Of a stretch of 12,464 nt of DNA, positions 1-7,003 are shown in pieces (the stretch's first letter is position 1; each line of letters starts with the position of its first letter). The notes under the pieces are model-generated. The model had not been told where the DNA came from. It did not search any database and saw only the letters and a program-made list of their open reading frames with translations. Location of the stretch: assembly GCA_040880145.1 (NCBI GenBank), contig JBBDIZ010000032.1:1-12464 (forward strand), in the 5' to 3' direction. The position numbers were made by a program, and so were the translations under genes. Origin of the DNA: Simkaniaceae bacterium (GTDB taxonomy: Bacteria; Chlamydiota; Chlamydiia; Chlamydiales; JAJFMI01).

Positions 1-54
1 CTAAAGGGACATTTCTATTTGTCGGAAAGGGGACATTTCTATTTGTGGCCTACA
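1..54. mobile_element. Probable terminus of an IS1202-family (ISNCY) insertion sequence; the element body lies left of the window
   Basis: An exact 17-bp direct repeat GGGACATTTCTATTTGT (6-22, 30-46; 24-bp period) is followed by GGCCT-ACA ending at 54 (TGT on the minus strand). Composition then switches abruptly to near-pure AT. A terminal TGT with repeated sub-terminal transposase-binding sites is the known end architecture of IS1202/IS21/Tn7-like elements. No transposase is visible in the window. Confidence 0.7.
6..46 (+). repeat. 17-bp exact direct repeat x2 (GGGACATTTCTATTTGT), putative transposase-binding sites
   Basis: Read directly at 6-22 and 30-46; both copies are preceded by AAA(G). 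Confidence 0.95.
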
Positions 55-93
55 AATTATTAAATTACTATATATTTTAAATATTATTTATAT

Positions 94-118
94 TATAATT
101 GGTTGAAAATCACGAGGG
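94..118 (+). promoter_or_regulatory. Putative -10 box (TATAAT 94-99) and ribosome-binding site (GAGGG 114-118) of the orphan gene
   Basis: A perfect TATAAT lies at the end of an AT-rich tract, and an SD-like GAGGG lies 4 nt before ATG 123. There is no good -35 box, and TATAAT arises easily by chance in AT-rich DNA. Confidence 0.4.
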
Positions 119-122
119 AAAT

Positions 123-725
123 ATGTCAAATATTAATGTCTTTTTTAATGCTAAGCTTCATGAAGGATTTGGAAGCGACTCTTTTTTCGCCCCTATCCGC
201 TATTTTAACGATGGAAAAACAGTCACATTCTCTGATGATGAAGAAGAAGTAAATAGCTCTCTAAGCTATCCAGCTGATAGTAAATCATCCATGCTAACAC
301 TCGGTATGATTCTAGCTTTCATTCCAGGATTAATTATTGGATCAGTAGCAAAAGCAATCGTTCTTCTTCTTAGCTCTGATCGAAGTAGAATGTACAAAAA
401 AGCAAATCAACATTTTAACGAGTATCTGGATCTTTCGATTAAGAAGATAGATGCAAAATCGAAGATTTCGCTTAATGATCTTAAGGAATTTAAGCTCAAT
501 GAGCGTTTCAAAAATCTTTGTAATCAAAAGATAAAGACAGTTACAATTGATGGTGATTCAACACTTAAAGATCTTGAGAAAAATGATCTATGCTTGGAGC
601 AATTCAAGAATAAGGGCATAAAATACCTTTATATTGAGCTTGATGACGATAAAAAAACCTTTACTTTTCATAAAGAAAATTCATACGGAAATAATTCCAC
701 CACTACAACTTTAATGATTAGATAA
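123..725 (+). CDS. Hypothetical membrane-associated protein (about 200 aa), orphan
   Basis: The ORF track gives 99..725 from TTG; ATG 123 is preferred because of the SD-like GAGGG and the TATAAT overlapping the TTG. It has one hydrophobic stretch of about 28 aa (MLTLGMILAFIPGLIIGSVAKAIVLLLS) followed by a Lys-rich domain. No family was recognised. Confidence 0.75.
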   Translation: MSNINVFFNAKLHEGFGSDSFFAPIRYFNDGKTVTFSDDEEEVNSSLSYPADSKSSMLTLGMILAFIPGLIIGSVAKAIVLLLSSDRSRMYKKANQHFNEYLDLSIKKIDAKSKISLNDLKEFKLNERFKNLCNQKIKTVTIDGDSTLKDLEKNDLCLEQFKNKGIKYLYIELDDDKKTFTFHKENSYGNNSTTTTLMIR

Positions 726-754
726 AATTCTCAAAGTGACTACTTTCTAAAGGC

Positions 755-785
755 GGCCTTGTCTTAACCGAAACAAGGCCATTTT
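755..785. terminator. Putative intrinsic terminator hairpin between convergent genes
   Basis: GGCCTTGT (755-762) and ACAAGGCC (773-780) form a perfect 8-bp stem with a 10-nt loop, followed by ATTTT on the plus strand. It lies between the stop codons at 725 and 800. The U-tracts are short. Confidence 0.55.
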
Positions 786-799
786 AAAAAAGCTTTTTT

Positions 800-3400
800 C
801 TATCTTACTTTCTTGCCTTTTTCAAAATGAGTCTCTAGAGCAACGCCTTCAGTGTTGTAGGCCTTTTTGACTCCATCGAGCTCATCTTCAAAGTATGATT
901 GAATCACTTGAGGACGCCCATCGTCGAAATATTTATTAAAGCGACCATGTCTCATCCCAAGCTTATATTCACCTTCAAAAACGAGGACTCCTTCGCGGCT
1001 CCAATTTTGGCATAGACCGTTAAGTTGGCCTATCTCATAGGTATAGACGCTCGCAAGGGTTCCATCTTCGTAATAAGCTTTCTCTTCGCCTTGTTTTTTG
1101 TCGTCGACATAACGCACCTCTTTATAAATGCGCTTGTTTGGAAAGTACTGGACCGAAAGCCCGTTTTTCAGGTCATTTTTGAAAAGAGTCGTCATCATAA
1201 GACGCCCTTGAGGATCGAAGAGTTTCCCCTCTCCTTCCTTCTTATTGTCCACAAATGGGATCGTGCTGATGAGGTGCCCTTCCAAGTCATATTCCTCATA
1301 GTCGCCTTGTAAAAGATTATTCCGATAGGTAGCAGAGAGGTTTAATACGCGGCCCCGCTTTTCATCTTCAGGGTAGTAGAGCTTATAGGGTCCATTACGC
1401 TTGTGGTCTTTATAGGTTAGAACCACTTCTTTCCCATCTTGTTCTTTCTCAAAGAAGCGGCCATGGAGCTTTCCCATCTTGTAGTGGCTCTCTTCCTTTA
1501 AGCGTCCCTCTTCGTCCCAAAGAGCTTTGACGCCATGAAGTTCGCCTCTTGAGTAAGAGAGCGAAGTCTGCATGATTCCGGAAGGGTAATAGGTCACCTG
1601 CTCGTCTTCATACTGCCCTTCACCATTATATTTCATCAAACGAGCGAGCTGCTTTCCTTTTTGGTTCTCTTTTAAGACTTCGCTTGGAAAATACTCTTTT
1701 TGCTCTCCAACAGGCAGGCCTTTCACAAAGTAACGCTCTGAAGCAATTCTGCCATCTTCATACCAGGAAAGAACTTCTCCATCGAGCTTGTCTTGATCAT
1801 AATTGGCGACAAGCTTTTGATCTCCATTTGGATAAAACTCTTCATATTTTCCCTGACGCATCCCATCGACATAAAAAGATTTTTCACGAGGTTGACCGCC
1901 GTCATAATATCTAACAACCTCTCCTACAGGCTGATCATCTAAAAACGTGGCTTTGTAGGTAAACGCCCCTTCTGAATTATAGGTTTCCATAATCCCTTGC
2001 TTTTCCCCCTCTTTGTAAGAGGCTTTTAAAGCAAGTTGCCCATTTTCATACCACTCCCTATGATCACCATGTAACTTTCCAGATAAAAAACTTTTTTTAA
2101 TCTTCATCTGACCATTTGCGTAGTGCTCAATGATATCGCCTTCTTGAAGATTATTTTTCATAGAAAATTGCATCTTAATTTGGCCGCTTTCGAAAAAGCT
2201 TTTAAAATCTCCTTCTTTTTTATGATCCACATACTGGCCAAAAGCCTTAAGTTTTCCAGAAGGAAAATACTCTTTTTGATCCCCTTCGAACTCTCCCTCT
2301 TTATAGTAAAGCTCAGCTTGAGGCGTTCCATCTTCATACCAACTCAAATAAGGTCCCTCCGCTTTGCCCCCTTCTAGAAAATACTGAGCAAGAAGCACAC
2401 CCTCCTTGCTATATTCTTTAACCGGCTCTTTAAGGCGGCCATTTCGATCATAAACTGCGAGATAGGAAAGCTGTCCATTCGGGTGCTTTTTAAAGTGTTT
2501 TCCAATGGGTGTCCCATGATTGTATTTTCCACTCCCTAAAATGTTCCCTTCCTCATCATATGCAACTTCCTTGCCATCCGGTTTGCCTTCCCGATAGTGA
2601 AGTCGATAACTTTCACGTCCATTTTCATGATATTTGATGCGGGGGCCAATAGGCTCGCCTGCTTTAAAGTCCTGAACTTCTAGAAGATTTCTGTTTTCGT
2701 AGTAGATTAAAATCGCGGGATCATCTCCATATCCATGAAGCTTATGGTTTTGGAAGGTCTTTACGCTTTTTAAAGCGCCATTTTCATACCACTCTCTCAT
2801 CTCTCCTTCTAGCTTTCCATTATTGTAGAGAAGTTCATAGGCCGTCTCTCCAGAGGGATAGTAACCTTTGACTTGCCCATCCAACACACCGTTATGATGC
2901 ATGCCCTCTTGGGCAATTTGCTGATTCTCATGATAAGTCGTTGCAGGTCCATGAGGAAGGCCTTCTTTATAAGAAATCTTTTGCTGAGGCTGGCCATTTT
3001 GATAGAAAATTGTCAGCTCCCCATGAGGAAGCCCCTCTTTAAAGTAGATCACTTTATGAAGCTGTCCCGCTTCAGTAAAATGAACACTCATTCCGTGAGG
3101 TACGACTTCAGTTTTCCATTCATTAAAGGCGCGAGAATCCTCTTTAACAAGGCAGAGATCGGTCTCTTCTGCTAATTGACCATTTTCAAAAAAACGAGAT
3201 TGCTTAACAGGTAAAGGATTGCTCTCACTATCCTCCGAATAAAAAATAATGAGCATCGGGTTTCCGGCCGGATGGCTTTGAACAATTTTAGGACGCCACT
3301 CGGGCATCCTGGGGAGTAAATCCCGCCGCACAGGCTCTATTTCATTGCTCGCAAAAAGCAGAATTAAAGGACAAAATATAATGAGAAGCGATTTTTTCAT
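800..3400 (-). CDS. Exported MORN-variant (MORN_2 / YwqK-like) repeat protein, 866 aa, about 31 repeats
   Basis: The N-terminus resembles a Sec signal peptide (MKKSLLIIFCPLILLFA-S). About 31 tandem units of about 24 aa were counted by eye, consensus G-x4-[YW][YF]-x-[ND]G-x7-[YF]-x2-G-x2-[HEDNQ]. An AGGA RBS lies upstream, and the gene starts 35 bp after the preceding gene. Confidence 0.9.
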   Translation of the reverse strand: MKKSLLIIFCPLILLFASNEIEPVRRDLLPRMPEWRPKIVQSHPAGNPMLIIFYSEDSESNPLPVKQSRFFENGQLAEETDLCLVKEDSRAFNEWKTEVVPHGMSVHFTEAGQLHKVIYFKEGLPHGELTIFYQNGQPQQKISYKEGLPHGPATTYHENQQIAQEGMHHNGVLDGQVKGYYPSGETAYELLYNNGKLEGEMREWYENGALKSVKTFQNHKLHGYGDDPAILIYYENRNLLEVQDFKAGEPIGPRIKYHENGRESYRLHYREGKPDGKEVAYDEEGNILGSGKYNHGTPIGKHFKKHPNGQLSYLAVYDRNGRLKEPVKEYSKEGVLLAQYFLEGGKAEGPYLSWYEDGTPQAELYYKEGEFEGDQKEYFPSGKLKAFGQYVDHKKEGDFKSFFESGQIKMQFSMKNNLQEGDIIEHYANGQMKIKKSFLSGKLHGDHREWYENGQLALKASYKEGEKQGIMETYNSEGAFTYKATFLDDQPVGEVVRYYDGGQPREKSFYVDGMRQGKYEEFYPNGDQKLVANYDQDKLDGEVLSWYEDGRIASERYFVKGLPVGEQKEYFPSEVLKENQKGKQLARLMKYNGEGQYEDEQVTYYPSGIMQTSLSYSRGELHGVKALWDEEGRLKEESHYKMGKLHGRFFEKEQDGKEVVLTYKDHKRNGPYKLYYPEDEKRGRVLNLSATYRNNLLQGDYEEYDLEGHLISTIPFVDNKKEGEGKLFDPQGRLMMTTLFKNDLKNGLSVQYFPNKRIYKEVRYVDDKKQGEEKAYYEDGTLASVYTYEIGQLNGLCQNWSREGVLVFEGEYKLGMRHGRFNKYFDDGRPQVIQSYFEDELDGVKKAYNTEGVALETHFEKGKKVR

Positions 3401-3435
3401 AAAAATTCCTAACCTATCGATTGTGAAAATTCATT

Positions 3436-3843
3436 TTAGGGGAAACCCTTTTTTTTGGCGACCACTGGATTGGGACCATAACCTCCTTTAGGAGAAAACT
3501 CAATGACTTGATCGTAATCCGTCTGAAGATGAGAAAAGAGAATCGGTTTTTTTGAAAAGCTAATCGCTACCGCTCCTTTAAGGGGCTCATCCGTTTTTCG
3601 GTAAAATTCAAGACCCTTTGGCCCATTTTGTAAAACGACCTCTAAATCACTTCCAATACTAATCGCTAATGTTTGGGTGTGATTGAGCTCATTTAGAAAT
3701 CGACTCATTTGATTTTCAAATCGATAGACATCGATTAAAGTTTTGCTTTTGTAGGCAATGAGTCCGCCAAGGAGCGTGATGACAAAAATGGCAAGAACAG
3801 TTTCTATGAGCGTAAAAGCAAATCTAATCCTTTTTATCGGCAT
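3436..3843 (-). CDS. Minor pseudopilin (GspH/FimT-like) with type IV prepilin leader
   Basis: It has a basic leader, then A|FTLIE with Glu at +5, a hydrophobic helix, and a GspH-like helix (FLNELNHTQTLAIS). It overlaps the upstream pseudopilin gene by 20 bp. Confidence 0.8.
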   Translation of the reverse strand: MPIKRIRFAFTLIETVLAIFVITLLGGLIAYKSKTLIDVYRFENQMSRFLNELNHTQTLAISIGSDLEVVLQNGPKGLEFYRKTDEPLKGAVAISFSKKPILFSHLQTDYDQVIEFSPKGGYGPNPVVAKKKGFP

Positions 3844-4234
3844 GCATATAAAATTCTAAAGGCTTTTGTTTTGCTTTCACAAAATCCTTATATCGCTCGG
3901 AACTGATATAGATATCATTTCTTTTCTCACTGAATCCAATGTCGTATTTATTGCCCCATCCATCTTTCATAAGCTCTCCGTTATTGCGGGCCATTCCAGA
4001 GGCGCTGATGATTTTCTTCGGATCTTTTAAAATCTCGCTCATAGGCGTTCCTTTGGCATTTTCAAAGGTCAAAATCTCATAGATTTGTCTCGAGCCTTCT
4101 CTTGTCTTAAAGGCTTTACTCTCATCTAAGCTCCCTTTCATATTGTATCCCACAACAGAACCTATGATCCCAATGATGAATATCACAATCATGATCTCCA
4201 AAAGGGTCATCGCATATCGCTTGCTTGCCTTCAT
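3824..4234 (-). CDS. gspG: Major pseudopilin GspG-like
   Basis: The N-terminus MKASKRYA|MTLLEIMIVIFIIGII is a prepilin motif, and KDGWGNKY resembles the GspG DPWGxxY motif. The gene directly follows gspF. Confidence 0.82.
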   Translation of the reverse strand: MKASKRYAMTLLEIMIVIFIIGIIGSVVGYNMKGSLDESKAFKTREGSRQIYEILTFENAKGTPMSEILKDPKKIISASGMARNNGELMKDGWGNKYDIGFSEKRNDIYISSERYKDFVKAKQKPLEFYMHADKKD

Positions 4235-4246
4235 TCTCTTTTTTCC

Positions 4247-5434
4247 TCACATTGCAAAGGATGAAACATCCGTTAATGGTAGTAACACGCTTAATAAGAT
4301 AATCCCAACTACTAAGCCGAGAAAAAGAAGTATAATCGGTTGCAAAAGAGCTGTAAAGCGCGAGAGTGATTTTTCAAGTTCCTCTTCATAAATCATGGCA
4401 ATATTTCCAAGCATCTCTGAAGAAGATCCTGTCTCTTCAGCCATCGCAAGCATGCGGGATACAAGAGGCGGGATGAGCCGGCTTTGACTTAATTCTTCAC
4501 TGATCTTCTTCCCTTGAATCACCTTCCCCTCTGCCTCTTGAATGATTTTTTCAAAAAGGGGGTGATTCATTACCTGTCTCGATAAAGTCAGAGCTTTTAA
4601 GTAAGGAACATCGCTTTTAAGTAAGACCGATAGGGATCTGCAAAAACGGGTTAAGACGCTTTCGGTCACCATTTTTTTTATGACCGGCAATTTTAACCAG
4701 GTTATTTTTAAAAAAATTTGCCCTTTCCGGCTTTTAAAAAAACTGATGAGACTTAATACGAGAGTAAGCGTCATGCATCCAATCAAAAGCGTGTGTTTTC
4801 TCAAAAAAAGGCTGATACTCAAGACAAAATGAGTCATGGGATGCAAACTACGCCCTTCATAGAGATCTTGCATGGAAGGAATTAAAAAGAAAAAAAGCCC
4901 GATTAAGACAAGAAGACAGAATGAGCCTAAAAATAAGGGATAGATTAAGGCTGATACCATTTGCTTTTTCATTTTTTGTTGCTTTGAAAGATAGCTCACA
5001 AGCTCTAAAAAGACCTCGATAAGCGAGCCCGATTCTTCACCTGCCATAACCATAGAGATATAAAGGCGGCTAAAACTCTTGGGGTAATCAGCTAAAATTT
5101 TGGATAGGGAGTGCCCTTGCTTGATGCGGTCAGTGAGATCGAGAAAAAGCGCATGCGCTCGATGGCGGCGCATTTTCTCCTCTAAAGTTGAGAGGCTTTC
5201 GTAAAGGGGAAGGCCCGCTCGGAGAAGGCTTGAAAGATCGCGGGTAAAATCGAGCAGTTCAGAAGGTTTTAAACAAACTTTTTGTCCCTTTTTTTTTGAA
5301 AGCGGCTTAATCTTTGTGACAAGAATTTTCTCTTTCATCAAGCGCGTTTTAGCCGTTTTAAGAGAGTCTGCATCGATCACGCCCTCTCTTAGTCTTCCAT
5401 CTTTAATAATCGCTTGATACTCAAAAAGCGCCAT
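4247..5434 (-). CDS. gspF: Type II secretion inner-membrane platform protein GspF (PilC family)
   Basis: 395 aa. Family motifs include the start MALFEYQA...GVIDADS, FTRDLSSLLRAGLPL, AGEESGSL, ALIYP and the second repeat MAEETG...LLQP. There are three TM segments. Confidence 0.96.
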   Translation of the reverse strand: MALFEYQAIIKDGRLREGVIDADSLKTAKTRLMKEKILVTKIKPLSKKKGQKVCLKPSELLDFTRDLSSLLRAGLPLYESLSTLEEKMRRHRAHALFLDLTDRIKQGHSLSKILADYPKSFSRLYISMVMAGEESGSLIEVFLELVSYLSKQQKMKKQMVSALIYPLFLGSFCLLVLIGLFFFLIPSMQDLYEGRSLHPMTHFVLSISLFLRKHTLLIGCMTLTLVLSLISFFKSRKGQIFLKITWLKLPVIKKMVTESVLTRFCRSLSVLLKSDVPYLKALTLSRQVMNHPLFEKIIQEAEGKVIQGKKISEELSQSRLIPPLVSRMLAMAEETGSSSEMLGNIAMIYEEELEKSLSRFTALLQPIILLFLGLVVGIILLSVLLPLTDVSSFAM

Positions 5435-5437
5435 GAT

Positions 5438-7003
5438 TTAGAGATCCTCTGCTCGAGTGACTCTTAAAACTTCTTCACTTGTTGTGATCCCATCGATAAC
5501 AAGTTGGGCCCCTGCATCTCTTAAAGAGGTCATTTTTGTCCTTTTGGCTATTTCTCTCAAGTGAGAGCTATCGGGGTTTTTGAGCATTTCGCGTTTTAAC
5601 TCAGCATTTAACCCCATTAATTCATAAATGCCTTGCCGGCCTTTATAGCCCGAGCCGTAGCATTTATCGCACCCTGTTTTTCGATAAAAAAGCGTTTTTA
5701 AAGGCTTAAGACCGAGATCGATGCATTCTTCAGCTAAAGGTTCGTAGGGGACGGGGCAATGAGGACAAAGCGTTCGAACAAGCCTTTGGGCTAAAACAGC
5801 TAAAACCGACGATGAGATGAGATAGGGCTCAATTCCCATATCGATTAAACGGGTGATGGCGCTTGGGGCATCATTTGTGTGAAGGGTGCTTAAGACCAAG
5901 TGGCCCGTTAGCGAGGACTGAATGGCAATTTCCGCCGTCTCGCGGTCGCGAATCTCTCCAATCATGATGATATCGGGATCTTGACGCAAAATATGGCGAA
6001 GCCCTGTTGAGAAAGTGAGTTTAATTTTGGGATTAACTCCAATTTGCGCCATACCGGGAAGCTTGTATTCAACGGGATCCTCAACCGTCATGATATTCAC
6101 ATCAGGACTATTGATGTCTGAAATAGCGCTATAAAGAGTTGTCGTCTTCCCACTGCCTGTGGGTCCTGTAACTAAAATGATCCCTTGATTTTGGCGCATA
6201 AATTTTTCAAAGCGGCTTAAAAGAAGTTTTGGCATGTGGAGATGCTTGAGCCCGAGTGCCATGTGCCCCTTGTCTAAGATCCTCAAAACAACCCTTTCGC
6301 CAAAAACAACAGGAACAGTCGACACGCGAAAATCGATTTCACGACCTGCCATCTTCAGTTTAATACGCCCATCCTGAGGAAGACGATGTTCTGCAATATC
6401 GAGCTGCGCCATCACTTTAATACGCGTGATGAGCTGATCTTGCAAATCCCTCGGCGGAGCGTGTCGTTTTTGTAAAACCCCATCGATGCGATACCGCACA
6501 ATCACGCCCCGCTCTAAAGGCTCAAAATGAATGTCGGAAACCTCTTGCTGAACAGCCTCTTGAAGAATCATATTGAGCATTTGAATTACAGACGAGGAAG
6601 AATTAGAATCGAGAAGATCATAGCCATCAGAAGCTTCTTTCTCTTCAGAAAGCGTTTGAGACTGGTTGAGGTTTTTTAAAAAAGCTCCTGTCTCTCCCTC
6701 TTCTTGGTGATAGCAAAGCTCAATAGCGCTCTCGAGGATAATCGGATCGGCAAAAAAAACAGAAATCGGCCGCTTTAGGATTAAACGAAGTTCTTCAATG
6801 GTGTCGAGATCGAAGGGATCTGAAAAGGCGACTTGGACCCTTTCATTTTTTTCATCAAAAGGAAGAAGTTTATGTTCTTTCACAAAAGAGTAAGAAAGAA
6901 GCTTCTTCTTCTCTTTTACAAAGCGGGTTGAAATAAGACTTTCAACTCGATCAATTGAAAGTTTTTTTAACTGATCTTCAGTAAGGATTGCAGAAAGAGT
7001 CAT
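5438..7003 (-). CDS. gspE: Type II secretion ATPase GspE (PulE/PilB family)
   Basis: Motifs: SDIHFEP, RLPQDGR, Walker A GPTGSGKT, Asp box TVEDPVE, Walker B LRQDPDIIMIGEIRD, His box GHLVLSTLHTN, and tetracysteine CPHC...CDKC. Confidence 0.97.
   Translation of the reverse strand: MTLSAILTEDQLKKLSIDRVESLISTRFVKEKKKLLSYSFVKEHKLLPFDEKNERVQVAFSDPFDLDTIEELRLILKRPISVFFADPIILESAIELCYHQEEGETGAFLKNLNQSQTLSEEKEASDGYDLLDSNSSSSVIQMLNMILQEAVQQEVSDIHFEPLERGVIVRYRIDGVLQKRHAPPRDLQDQLITRIKVMAQLDIAEHRLPQDGRIKLKMAGREIDFRVSTVPVVFGERVVLRILDKGHMALGLKHLHMPKLLLSRFEKFMRQNQGIILVTGPTGSGKTTTLYSAISDINSPDVNIMTVEDPVEYKLPGMAQIGVNPKIKLTFSTGLRHILRQDPDIIMIGEIRDRETAEIAIQSSLTGHLVLSTLHTNDAPSAITRLIDMGIEPYLISSSVLAVLAQRLVRTLCPHCPVPYEPLAEECIDLGLKPLKTLFYRKTGCDKCYGSGYKGRQGIYELMGLNAELKREMLKNPDSSHLREIAKRTKMTSLRDAGAQLVIDGITTSEEVLRVTRAEDL

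Noticed and set aside
6..46. Direct repeats as the end of a CRISPR array
   Set aside because: The repeats are only 17 bp with a 7-bp spacer, far too short for CRISPR. The terminal ACA fits an IS end better.
55..82. dif/Xer-like site next to the IS1202-like end (ATATTTTAAAT at 72-82 matches the XerD arm TTATGTTAAAT at 9/11)
   Set aside because: There is no credible XerC arm at the right spacing, and such a match is expected by chance in near-pure AT sequence.
800..3400. Toxin-antitoxin antitoxin (YwqK label) or RHS/YD polymorphic toxin
   Set aside because: The YwqK label reflects only the repeat family. There is no adjacent toxin gene, no RHS core motif (DPxG) and no C-terminal toxin domain; the repeats run to the C-terminus.
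3449..3456. A8 tract near the end of the minor pseudopilin as a frameshift or phase-variation site
   Set aside because: A/T runs of this length are common throughout the window. The ORF has a plausible length and the downstream gene has its own RBS and signal peptide.
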